From the IMG/VR virus record IMGVR_UViG_3300000176_000011, positions 1 through 59,917 of that record: a stretch of 59,917 bases of DNA, one strand, 5' to 3'. This DNA is from a virus (lineage: Duplodnaviria > Caudoviricetes). Every line of letters starts with the position of its first letter. Position 1 is the first letter of the stretch. The notes below the pieces were generated by a model that saw nothing but the letters and a program-made list of their open reading frames with translations, was not told the origin of the DNA and searched no databases. The translations under genes were made by a program, and so were the position numbers. Positions 42,333 to 51,475 of this stretch are shown here, in pieces.

Positions 42333-44639
42333 TTAACCTTCGCCCCAGCCGTTGTTTGGAGCAGTTGATCCTGTTGGATTTGTAGCAGATATTAGTTTAG
42401 GGTCATTAGTTGGTTTATCGCCAATTGTTTTTTGTGTTCCAACATTAAACGAATCTGTCTTGGCGGCTTGTTTAGAACTTTCCTGACCTTTGCGTCTCAC
42501 TCCTACTATATTCTGTGTAAACTTTCCGTCTTTGAAATGGCTGGTTAATTTTTGTATTTTATATAGGCCGCTAAAATGTACTACGGGAGCAGATTTAGTG
42601 CCTGATCCAAAATTATATAAACCAGTTGATTGATTAATATCTATCGGACTTCTAAAATTAATTAAAATATCGACTTCGCCATTTTGCCAATTTACTGTTC
42701 CATCAGAAGTAAGATTATGGTATTCGGTTGATTGACTGGTATAATTGCCTGTGCCGCTTTGAGCAATATAATACGGGTCTCCTATGATTTCCATGTTTAA
42801 TGTTGTTTGTTCGATACCAGTGGTAACAATATCAAAAAATTGTCTGGCAGCTCTAGTTTCGATACTTTCGCCAGGACTTCCGCCTTTATTATCGCTCGAA
42901 GTTTCAGTTTGAGCTGGTCTGGCACTGTTAGGAACAACAGGAGTTTTAGTATCTGCACTTTGTCCTTTGGGCATTTGATTAGGTACAGACACATCTGTAG
43001 TACCTTGGCTTTGCTGAGCTTGTGTTTTAGGATCTAAAGATTTTGCAGGACTAGTAGCTGATAGTTTAGTATAATAACTGGCATTTAATTCTATATCAAA
43101 CTTTAGTATATCTACATTTTTTCCAGTATATAGATAGTCATATTGTTTTACTGCGTGTTTTTTTAAGGCATCTAAACCATATGGTCTTAGATTATTAGCA
43201 GTTGTACTACTAGATCCAACGTCATACTCTGTTACTTCATACACATAAATGCAAGGTTTTTCTCCGGTGTACCCATCATTAGCATTTGTGTCCACAATGT
43301 AAACCTTAGTGTGTATTCTCCATAAAGTTTTGTAACCTTCTGGACTAAGTTGGAACGGATCAAGTGTTACTTTGGTAGGAAACACGCTTTGTAAAACCAC
43401 TTGATTAATTGCGTTTGGTATATCGGAATCTTGTCTAAATTGAAAATTGCTTGAATCATAATTGATAGTGTTCAAGCCACGTTTCCAATAATTGCCAGCG
43501 GTATCGTATAGTTCAACTTCTTTTCCGTTAGGTATTGAACCTTTTTGATCAACACTAAACGGCATTTTTGATGTGCCAATAGCATTAGTATCTGCTGTTT
43601 GTTGTACAGACAGACCAGTTGTCTCGTCTTTAGAAACACCTATAATTTTGTATATTGCTTCTGATGTCTTGGCACTAGTAGTAGCACTTGATTTTACTTC
43701 TGTTTTGCCGCCAGCACCACTTTTTTGACCACTATATGAACCTTTCTTTGGAAATAAAATAATATATTCATCTGGATAGGCAACTAATTTATCATATACT
43801 TTTTGTCTAGCTTTCTTGTTCAATAATGCTTGTAGACTTTTTTCACCGTACTGTAAAATTTCTTGTACAGTAACTCCACGCACACTGTGATCGACTGGAA
43901 TGTTTGCAATGGCAGAACTCAATGCTGATTGATTCCACGGTTGGGCCGTACATTCGTATATCATACCCATAGAGTCAACTCGTGAGTTAATTATTTTTAA
44001 TCTCATAGGAATTTTTCTACTGGTATTTGGTATTGTTGCAATTTTTCCTGTTTCAGTGTTACCTCTAAAATCTATAGTTAATAGAAACACAGCTGACAAC
44101 CAATTAGTGTATCCTGCGTTTTGTGCGGCTACTTGGCAAGACATCATAAACATGCCCATACTATATGGTTCTCTAATCTCAAATTTTATACTGGCAGTAT
44201 TGGTATTTTTATTTTTTTCAAATCCAACCACTGCGGCCATTTCTAAATTTTCAATAAAGAAATCAAATTGTCCATAGTTTGTTTTTACTCTATTGCTAGG
44301 GTCAATGTTTGCTGATTTAGCTATTAAATCATATTTTTTAGATTTCATATAGCTGGTGTCTGGTGCGTTAGCGTCTGCTGGAGGTATAACAGCTATGCCT
44401 AATACATAATCATAACTTGCATAACTAAACAAAGGATTGGGTAAAGGTAACTTTACACTAGCACCTAATTTCTTTATAAAAGATCCAGCTCCTCCTAACA
44501 GGCCTCCAATAGCACCGCCTATGCTACTCAATGCACTGGCTGGGCCTGAATCAAGCAATGAGCTTGCACTACTGCCTAAACTACTAATAGATGTAGTTGC
44601 AGAATTAATTAGTCCACTAGCATCGTCAAGTAATCCCAT
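42333..44639 (-). CDS. baseplate hub protein (gp27-like, tentative)
   Basis: Between gp53-like and gp5-like genes; C-terminal IIGDP...SGLYKI...F.DGKFTQ typical of hub proteins. Confidence 0.55.
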   Translation of the reverse strand: MGLLDDASGLINSATTSISSLGSSASSLLDSGPASALSSIGGAIGGLLGGAGSFIKKLGASVKLPLPNPLFSYASYDYVLGIAVIPPADANAPDTSYMKSKKYDLIAKSANIDPSNRVKTNYGQFDFFIENLEMAAVVGFEKNKNTNTASIKFEIREPYSMGMFMMSCQVAAQNAGYTNWLSAVFLLTIDFRGNTETGKIATIPNTSRKIPMRLKIINSRVDSMGMIYECTAQPWNQSALSSAIANIPVDHSVRGVTVQEILQYGEKSLQALLNKKARQKVYDKLVAYPDEYIILFPKKGSYSGQKSGAGGKTEVKSSATTSAKTSEAIYKIIGVSKDETTGLSVQQTADTNAIGTSKMPFSVDQKGSIPNGKEVELYDTAGNYWKRGLNTINYDSSNFQFRQDSDIPNAINQVVLQSVFPTKVTLDPFQLSPEGYKTLWRIHTKVYIVDTNANDGYTGEKPCIYVYEVTEYDVGSSSTTANNLRPYGLDALKKHAVKQYDYLYTGKNVDILKFDIELNASYYTKLSATSPAKSLDPKTQAQQSQGTTDVSVPNQMPKGQSADTKTPVVPNSARPAQTETSSDNKGGSPGESIETRAARQFFDIVTTGIEQTTLNMEIIGDPYYIAQSGTGNYTSQSTEYHNLTSDGTVNWQNGEVDILINFRSPIDINQSTGLYNFGSGTKSAPVVHFSGLYKIQKLTSHFKDGKFTQNIVGVRRKGQESSKQAAKTDSFNVGTQKTIGDKPTNDPKLISATNPTGSTAPNNGWGEG

Positions 44640-44640
44640 A

Positions 44641-44943
44641 TTATAGTCCTAACACTGTGGTTAAACTACTACCTTTTGGTATGTAAATTTGTGTACCTGG
44701 AACAAAATCTAAAATAGGATCTTGTAGTACGTCTAAATTGCGTTGAATAAACACCCACCACAAACCAGGTTCACCATACAAGTCACTGGCTAATAAATCT
44801 GGACGATATGTATACTGAGTTTGTATTGTATATAAAAAATCATCAGGATCTGCGCTGACAGGTCGAATAGTCAGTATATCCAAATAATTATTAGTTATTG
44901 TAGTATTGTACCAAGGACTTGTATTAATATAATTTGCTGACAT
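44641..44943 (-). CDS. gp53: LysM-like baseplate wedge protein, T4 gp53-like
   Basis: YRPDLLASDLYGEPGLWWVF...N...DP..DF.PG..IYIP; second Met (44943) avoids overlap. Confidence 0.75.
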   Translation of the reverse strand: MSANYINTSPWYNTTITNNYLDILTIRPVSADPDDFLYTIQTQYTYRPDLLASDLYGEPGLWWVFIQRNLDVLQDPILDFVPGTQIYIPKGSSLTTVLGL

Positions 44944-44944
44944 T

Positions 44945-45961
44945 TTAAATATATCCAAATGCGTTGTTTAAATATCCGCCTTGAACAAATCTATCAAGAC
45001 TAAAATTACGTGCGCTACTTCTACTGTATATCGGTTGTAGGGTCACAACAAATGTACTCTTAGTTGGCACATGACTTACACCTCCGCTGATTGATCCGCC
45101 TAGACCAAATGTTCCTGCAAGTGCGGCCACTTGACCTATACCTCCTGCAATATTGCTAACGCCTCCTAAAAATCCGCTAACACTACCACCAAGGTCTGGT
45201 CCTAAAATACTACCAGCTACTCCGCCTAAACTACCAGCTAGACCTCCCACACTGTCTGCAAGACCTTGTGCGGCTCCTGCGGCACTACCTACAACATTAA
45301 CACCGATGTAATCGCATTTATCATCTAATGTTGCCTGTACTTGTGTTACTACCACAGGTATATTTTTAAACACATAATTTCCATAACCGTTTAAAAATAC
45401 AATTGGAGGAGGATTACCTGCTTTAGGATCAAGACCTGCAAACATTTTTGTTAAACTTCTTAAATAATGAAGTGCGGCAATCCAGTATAATCCTTGTGTT
45501 GGATCTTCAACATTCATCGGTGCTGTAATAGTTATCGTTCCTGGATCACTATTCTTAAAAGCCTGGAAATTGAAGTTAGTATGAGTTGTTGGAATGGTAT
45601 CATATTTGGCTCCACTATTCATTGCAATAGTAGGAGTATAAGGAAATATTAAACCACCGGCATCTTTTAATGGTTGCAACACTGGGCTAGATTTAAATGA
45701 GCTCCAATTAGCTAGGCTTAATCTAACCCGCCAATCATTAGGATTTGCATCGCCACCAAAGGTAGACACAGCACTTATGATATCACCAACTGCTTCACCC
45801 GCTGCCGGTAAATCAACACTACGGATAGCACCCATGATATCGCCACTCATTGCTTGGTCTAGTGCGCCGCTCAGGTTACTAACTGCACCGGAAGCACCCG
45901 TTACTGCGCCCAATACGTTTTGCGATGCACCTATCGAAGATGTTAAGTCAAGTAATCCCAT
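44945..45961 (-). CDS. tail tube initiator/baseplate junction protein (gp48/gp54-like)
   Basis: GLIFPYTP, GNPPPIVFLNGYG..VF.NIPVVV; Gly-rich insert. Confidence 0.6.
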   Translation of the reverse strand: MGLLDLTSSIGASQNVLGAVTGASGAVSNLSGALDQAMSGDIMGAIRSVDLPAAGEAVGDIISAVSTFGGDANPNDWRVRLSLANWSSFKSSPVLQPLKDAGGLIFPYTPTIAMNSGAKYDTIPTTHTNFNFQAFKNSDPGTITITAPMNVEDPTQGLYWIAALHYLRSLTKMFAGLDPKAGNPPPIVFLNGYGNYVFKNIPVVVTQVQATLDDKCDYIGVNVVGSAAGAAQGLADSVGGLAGSLGGVAGSILGPDLGGSVSGFLGGVSNIAGGIGQVAALAGTFGLGGSISGGVSHVPTKSTFVVTLQPIYSRSSARNFSLDRFVQGGYLNNAFGYI

Positions 45962-45990
45962 AATGTTTTTCCTTTTGGTATATTATTTAT

Positions 45991-46019
45991 TTGACTTTAT
46001 TAAGTGCGTAGTTTATAAT
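45991..46019 (+). promoter_or_regulatory. sigma70-type promoter for gp55, back-to-back with the late promoter of the baseplate block
   Basis: TTGACT 45991-45996, 17 bp, TATAAT 46014-46019. Confidence 0.75.
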
Positions 46020-46041
46020 GTTACATCGGAGACTGAATAGG

Positions 46042-46878
46042 ATGACACCAAATACACCTAAAGTAAACTATCTAAACAACAAAGATATGCTACTTGAAAT
46101 ACATAAAAGCAAAACATCATATTGTAGCTTTACCAAACCAGAATATCACCAATATGACATCATACTACCCAGTGTAGATAAGATTAATATAAGAAGTATC
46201 GCAGAAGCCAAACGTGCTAGGGCTAAACGTCAAGGCGATGAAGAATATACCAGACGTAAACGAGCAGGCGAAAAAGTCAAACAAGCAGACTGCGAAATTG
46301 ACTACAAAAAAATAGCCAAAACGGATGTAGTTTTTAGGATTATGACTTACGATCATGTACCTGGAAATACTACTCGTAAAAAGAATCCAAAAAGCACGGC
46401 AGACAAACATGACAAAGTAAACTTTCCTCCATTCCAACATTGGAAATTTAACGATGAAGATGAGTTAATATGTGTGGGCAAGAGTCATTGGAAGGGCGAT
46501 TTAGAGAAAGGACACTTTGATAAAGATGCTGGCCAAATTACTAACACCTTAGCACGTATGATGTTAAAATTATGTGAGAGATACGCTACTCGCGGCAACG
46601 TGCGTGGCTACACATATAATGATGAAATGAAAGGCCAAGCTATACTACAGTTAACACAAATTGGCTTACAATTTGACGAAAGCAAGTCGGATAATCCGTT
46701 TGCTTATTTTACTGCGGCTGTGACTAATAGTTTTGTTCGTGTTATTAATATTGAAAAACGCAATCAAAATATACGTGATGATATACTAGAAATTAACGGT
46801 ATGAATCCAAGTTATAGCCGTACTGGTGCTGGAGAACATGCGGCCGCACTAAAACGAAACGAGGAAGCTAGTGAGTAA
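46042..46878 (+). CDS. gp55: late-transcription sigma factor, T4 gp55-like
   Basis: NYLNNKD; GYTYNDEM...FDESKSDNPFAYFT...F.R.I..EK; GGAG RBS favours ATG 46042. Confidence 0.9.
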   Translation: MTPNTPKVNYLNNKDMLLEIHKSKTSYCSFTKPEYHQYDIILPSVDKINIRSIAEAKRARAKRQGDEEYTRRKRAGEKVKQADCEIDYKKIAKTDVVFRIMTYDHVPGNTTRKKNPKSTADKHDKVNFPPFQHWKFNDEDELICVGKSHWKGDLEKGHFDKDAGQITNTLARMMLKLCERYATRGNVRGYTYNDEMKGQAILQLTQIGLQFDESKSDNPFAYFTAAVTNSFVRVINIEKRNQNIRDDILEINGMNPSYSRTGAGEHAAALKRNEEASE

Positions 46879-46898
46879 TAAGTACACAATGCCAATCG

Positions 46899-46921
46899 CC
46901 TATGATAAATAATTATAGGAG
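46899..46921 (+). promoter_or_regulatory. late promoter within an RBS-sequestering hairpin
   Basis: CCTATGA (46899-46905) pairs with TTATAGG (46913-46919); GATAAATA at 46904-46911; AGGAG at 46917-46921. Confidence 0.65.
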
Positions 46922-46930
46922 ACATTAACT

Positions 46931-47587
46931 ATGAAATATAAAATTGATTATTATGGATACGTTTACGAGTGGACAAATACTAAGAATGAGAAAAAGTATA
47001 TTGGATCTCATTACGGATCTGTGGATGATTATTATATAGGATCTGGTAAGGCATTTAAGCCAGCATACACTCGAAATCCAGATCTTTTTAAGATGAATGT
47101 ATTAGAATATCTTATTGAAGACGATAAAAAACTACTGTTAAAAAAAGAGCAAGAATGGTTGGACCGTATTCCCAATATTAGAGAAAATAAAACTTATTAT
47201 AATCTAAATAATTATTCTTTAGGCGGGTCGAGCCATATAACAAGAAAACATATTGAAAAAAGATCAAATACATTAAAAGAAAAACACGCAAAATTAGGTC
47301 TGAGCGAGGCGGAACGATTATCCTACAAAACTAAAATTGAAACAAGACTAACAAGAATCGCGTCCGTAGGGTTTACAAAAAAAGAAAAAGAACAACATGC
47401 AAAATACGGATTCCAGGTACAAGTAACTACACCCAACGGCGAGATTAAAATATTTGATTCATGCGGGCAAGCAACAAGAGCATTAGGAATAGATGTACAA
47501 TACGGATTAAAAGTTTGCATCAAAAATCTTGATTTTCGAGGTTATAAGATAGTAAAATTAAGAGATCCATTAGTGGATTGTAGATAA
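46931..47587 (+). mobile_element. free-standing GIY-YIG homing endonuclease (Seg-like) with C-terminal NUMOD1/HTH-like domain
   Basis: GYVYEWTN...KYIGSH...YIGSG; E..W; YYNL; FDSCGQATRALG; interrupts the gp55-gp47 junction. Confidence 0.8.
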
Positions 47588-47595
47588 AGGAAAAT

Positions 47596-48609
47596 ATGGA
47601 AAATTTATTTAAGAAAGCGGCTGTATTTACAGATCTCCATCTTGGACTGAAAAGTAATTCGTCAATTCATAATCAAGACTGCGAAGATTTTGTTGACTGG
47701 TTCATATCTAAAGCAAAATCCGAAGGATGTGACACAGGATTATTTCTTGGAGATTTTCATCATAATCGAAATACATTAAATGTAGTTACAATGGATTACT
47801 CGTTGAGAGTTCTGGAAAAGCTCGGTCAGGCGTTTGATAACTTCTATTTCTTTCCTGGTAATCATGATTTGTATTACAAAGACAAACGGGACATACACAG
47901 TGTGGAGTTTGGAAAGTATATACCTGGTATCACTGTGGTACATGAGCCTACTACTATTGGAGATGTCACGCTGTGTCCCTGGCTGGTTGGTGAAGAATGG
48001 AAATCAATAAGCAAAAAAGGTGGCAAGTATTGTTTTGGACATTTTGAATTACCTAAATTCTTTATGAATGCCATGGTACAAATGCCTGATCACGGCGAAC
48101 TTCAAGTAGATGCGTTCAAGGGGTTTGAACTAGGATTCAGTGGGCACTTTCATAAACGCCAACAAAATGAAAATATGATTTATATTGGCAACGCATTTCC
48201 GCACAATTATTCAGATGCTTGGGATGATGAGCGTGGTATGATGGTGTTAGAGTGGGGAGGCACTCCCACGTATTTTACTTGGCCTGGACAACCTACATTT
48301 CGTACAGTTAAATTAAGCCAGCTAATCGATGAAGCTGATAAAATTATTAAACCTAAACAACATCTTCGTGTGACTTTAGACATTGATATTAGTTTTGAAG
48401 AAGCTAGTTTTATTAAAGAAAAATTTATTGGTGATTATGACATTCGTGAACTAACACTAATTGCAGAAAAGAAAGAAGCTGAAATTAATACTAGTATTGA
48501 TATCCAGGCTTTTGAAAGCGTAGATCAAATTGTAAGCAATCAGATTATTAGTATTGACAGCGAAACATATAACAAAAACACCTTGTTGGAAATTTATAAT
48601 AGCTTATGA
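47596..48609 (+). CDS. gp47: Mre11/SbcD-like recombination nuclease
   Basis: DLHLG, GDFHH, GNHD, GHFE, SGHFH metallophosphoesterase motifs. Confidence 0.92.
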   Translation: MENLFKKAAVFTDLHLGLKSNSSIHNQDCEDFVDWFISKAKSEGCDTGLFLGDFHHNRNTLNVVTMDYSLRVLEKLGQAFDNFYFFPGNHDLYYKDKRDIHSVEFGKYIPGITVVHEPTTIGDVTLCPWLVGEEWKSISKKGGKYCFGHFELPKFFMNAMVQMPDHGELQVDAFKGFELGFSGHFHKRQQNENMIYIGNAFPHNYSDAWDDERGMMVLEWGGTPTYFTWPGQPTFRTVKLSQLIDEADKIIKPKQHLRVTLDIDISFEEASFIKEKFIGDYDIRELTLIAEKKEAEINTSIDIQAFESVDQIVSNQIISIDSETYNKNTLLEIYNSL

Positions 48610-50387
48610 GTATAAAACTTAAAGAATTAACAGTTAAAAATTTTATGAGTGTGGGCAACCAGACCCAGGCAGTAAACTTTGCCCAAGAAAATCTAACCCT
48701 TGTACTGGGTGAAAATTTAGATCAAGGCGGCGATGATAGTGGTTCACGTAACGGTACAGGTAAGACAACTATTGTAAATGCCTTGAGTTTTGCCCTGTTT
48801 GGCAATGCATTAACTAATATTAAAAAAGATAACTTGATTAATAAAACCAACAATAAAAATATGTTGGTAACACTGGCTTTTGAAAAAGATGGCACAGACT
48901 ATCGAATTGAACGTGGCCGCAAACCTAATGTACTACAGTTTTTTGTTAACGACCAAGCTCAAGAAACTGAAGAAACAGATGATGCACAAGGCGACATGCG
49001 TGAAACACAAAAGGATTTAGATGACCTGTTAGGCATGAGCCATGACATGTTCAAACATATTGTTGCTCTTAACACATACACTGAGCCGTTTTTAAGTATG
49101 CGGGCCAATGACCAGCGTGTGATCATTGAGCAATTACTAGGTATTACGCTTCTTAGTGAAAAAGCAGATGCACTCAAGGAATTGGTCAAACTGACCAAAG
49201 ATGCTATTACACAAGAAACAGCTAACATTGAAGCTACCAAACGCAGTAACGAAGGCATACAAAAAAGTATTGATAGTCTACTGACTAAACAAAATGCCTG
49301 GAATACACAACATGCACAAGATTTAGAAAAGATTGGTCGTGCTATTGTAGAACTTGAAAGTGTGGATATTGAAACTGAACTTGCGAAGCACAGCGAGCTG
49401 AAAGATTTTTCTGAAAAATCAGCGAAGCTGAAAAGCCTAGAAAAGGAGCAAGCTACTTTGAATAGCGCGATAGCGCAAGCAGAGCGAAGCGTTACGAAGT
49501 ATAACGGCGAGCTTGCCAAGTTGGCTAACAAGACCTGTCACGCATGTGAACAAGAACTACATGATCACAAACATGAAGAAATGACCACTGTTGCACAGGG
49601 TCACCTCAATGAAGCAAAAAAATACTATGACAAAGTTTCAAAAGACTTAGAAAAAATTCAAGCCGAGATTCAAGCAGTGGGCGAAATACCCCGCAAGCCT
49701 GTTACTTACTATGATACAATTGAGCAAGCTCTTAAGCATCAAAACAACTTAAAGACCTTGGAAAATCAACTGGTACAAAAAAGCCACGATGCTGATCCTT
49801 ATCAAGAGCAAATTGACGAACTAACCGACACAGCTCTCCAGGAAATTTCATGGGACCGTGTTAATGAACTTAGCAGTCTCAAGGATCATCAAGAGTTCTT
49901 GCTTAAACTGTTGACATCAAAAGATTCGTTTATTCGTAAAAAGATCATAGATCAAAATCTAGCCTACTTGAACAATCGTCTAACCTATTACTTGGACAAG
50001 ATGGGTTTGCCACACAGCGTACTATTTCAAAATGATCTTACAGTTATGATTACTCAACTGGGGCAGGACTTGGATTTTGACAACCTATCACGGGGTGAGC
50101 GCAATCGTCTTATCTTGGGTCTGAGTTGGGCGTTCCGCGATGTATGGGAAAGCCTATATCAAAACATCAATTTACTGTTTGTAGATGAACTAATTGACAA
50201 TGGCTTGGATGCTTCGGGTGTAGAAGGCGCACTGGCTGTATTGAAAAAAATGGCTCGTGAACGCAAAAAGAACATATTCTTGATATCACACAAGGACGAA
50301 CTAATTGGTCGTGTGAACAATGTGCTAAAAGTCGTTAAGGAAAATGGCTATACTAGCTATGCCAACGACTTAGAGATCAATGAGTAA
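48606..50387 (+). CDS. gp46: Rad50/SbcC-like recombination ATPase
   Basis: NGTGKTT Walker A, CHAC zinc hook, LSRGE signature, VDELID Walker B, ISH. Confidence 0.92.
   Translation: MSIKLKELTVKNFMSVGNQTQAVNFAQENLTLVLGENLDQGGDDSGSRNGTGKTTIVNALSFALFGNALTNIKKDNLINKTNNKNMLVTLAFEKDGTDYRIERGRKPNVLQFFVNDQAQETEETDDAQGDMRETQKDLDDLLGMSHDMFKHIVALNTYTEPFLSMRANDQRVIIEQLLGITLLSEKADALKELVKLTKDAITQETANIEATKRSNEGIQKSIDSLLTKQNAWNTQHAQDLEKIGRAIVELESVDIETELAKHSELKDFSEKSAKLKSLEKEQATLNSAIAQAERSVTKYNGELAKLANKTCHACEQELHDHKHEEMTTVAQGHLNEAKKYYDKVSKDLEKIQAEIQAVGEIPRKPVTYYDTIEQALKHQNNLKTLENQLVQKSHDADPYQEQIDELTDTALQEISWDRVNELSSLKDHQEFLLKLLTSKDSFIRKKIIDQNLAYLNNRLTYYLDKMGLPHSVLFQNDLTVMITQLGQDLDFDNLSRGERNRLILGLSWAFRDVWESLYQNINLLFVDELIDNGLDASGVEGALAVLKKMARERKKNIFLISHKDELIGRVNNVLKVVKENGYTSYANDLEINE
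49382..49512 (+). repeat. cluster of GNA/GA-loop mini-hairpins embedded in gp46
   Basis: TGC-GAA-GCA, CAGC-GA-GCTG, GATTTTT-CTG-AAAAATC, CAGC-GAA-GCTG, GCGC-GATA-GCGC, GC-GAA-GC, TAC-GAA-GTA within about 130 bp. Confidence 0.6.
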
Positions 50388-50649
50388 ACACGTTGAGCCC
50401 ACTCCATATCAAAATGAAGAGTCGCATGAGCAACTCATGGCGGCGTTTAGGGAATATTTTAAGGCAAATCAAGATTGGCAAGCAAAAGGCACTCGCAGGG
50501 CAGGTGAAAACATGCGCTATTGGCTAGCGCAGATTCGTATAATAGCTCGTGATCGCAGAGCACATGTACAGCAGTACCGTGTATGGCTGGATCGAGACAA
50601 GGCTCTACGCAAGGCAAACCAAAAGGCAAAGGGTACCAATGAAGAATAA
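50380..50649 (+). CDS. small basic protein, possibly Hc1 (histone H1-like) helical-hairpin fold
   Basis: KGTRRAG..MR..L..I...A...R resembles the Hc1 KGNKAAG.RAR pattern. Confidence 0.4.
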   Translation: MSKHVEPTPYQNEESHEQLMAAFREYFKANQDWQAKGTRRAGENMRYWLAQIRIIARDRRAHVQQYRVWLDRDKALRKANQKAKGTNEE

Positions 50650-50661
50650 TATACATACATT

Positions 50662-51087
50662 ATGTCTTGGTACTATAACAATGAAATCGTTGAATCGCTT
50701 CCGGAAGAATGTGTTGGGTTTGTATATTTGATAACAAACATGACTTCTGGGCGTATGTACATAGGCAAAAAATTAGCAAAATTCTCAAAAACTACTTACA
50801 AAACAGTAAAACTCAAGAACGGCACTAAGAAGAAAAAGAAAATCCGTAGCAAAATTGATTCAGACTGGCGGGACTATTACGGTAGTTCGCCTGAATTAAC
50901 CAAGGATGTTACGCAGTTAGGTACAGAAAATTTTCGCAGAGAAATACTTTTCTATTGTAAATCAAAGGCAGAGTGTAGTTATATCGAAGCTCGTGAACAG
51001 TTTTCACGCAGAGTTCTTGAATCCGATCTCTATTATAATGGTCATATTCAAGTGCGTGTACATGGTTCACATATACTCAAGTCCTAA
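50662..51087 (+). CDS. small GIY-YIG endonuclease (T4 endonuclease II/Seg-like), catalytic domain only
   Basis: GFVYLITN...MYIGKK, DWRDYYGSS, F.REIL, YIEAREQF, YYNG. Confidence 0.8.
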   Translation: MSWYYNNEIVESLPEECVGFVYLITNMTSGRMYIGKKLAKFSKTTYKTVKLKNGTKKKKKIRSKIDSDWRDYYGSSPELTKDVTQLGTENFRREILFYCKSKAECSYIEAREQFSRRVLESDLYYNGHIQVRVHGSHILKS

Positions 51088-51109
51088 TAATTCAGGCCGT
51101 TTAATCACC

Positions 51110-51475
51110 AAATAAGCCCGCACTGGCGTTGTTAAAGTGCCCGAAATCCGTTCTGATGTGTGACGGTAAGGTAGTTCTGCTTGGTGACAGAGTTATACAT
51201 TACTATCCTTTACAGGACGATGATCAGATACGCCGCTAACTGGTTTAATGTGTAAGTAGTTGAGAATAAGGCTAAAAGAGGGGTAGTAGCCCCACGGTTT
51301 AATATGTGTTAGCGTATGTATTAAGCCCGCCGTCATATAAAGACATAGCTCGTGGTACCGGATGACCGCCACTGTAATGCTATAACGCTAAGGTGATATT
51401 GTGCAACTCAGATAATGTCCATTTCGCTTTGCCCGCCAGGGCAAAGTGTGACTGAACAATCTAGATAATATCTTA
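51110..51475 (+). ncRNA. candidate large structured non-coding RNA of unknown family
   Basis: ORF-free interval, more GC-rich than neighbouring gaps, with about 10 helices containing many G-U pairs and three loop-loop complementarities (see findings). Confidence 0.65.

Noticed and set aside
13236-46040. Short + strand ORFs inside the structural block (for example 41540-42076 and 21396-21770)
   Set aside because: Antisense to long motif-bearing genes, mostly non-ATG starts, no recognisable domains.
46018-46041. ORF-track start of gp55 at 46018
   Set aside because: This ATG overlaps the -10 box; ATG 46042 has a GGAG RBS.
51110-51475. tRNA, tmRNA, RNase P, group I/II intron or CRISPR/TIGR array as the identity of the non-coding element
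   Set aside because: No cloverleaf or CCA end, no GAGGAAAGUCC, no domain V or correctly ordered P7 elements, and no periodic repeats by eye. A covariance search is still needed.
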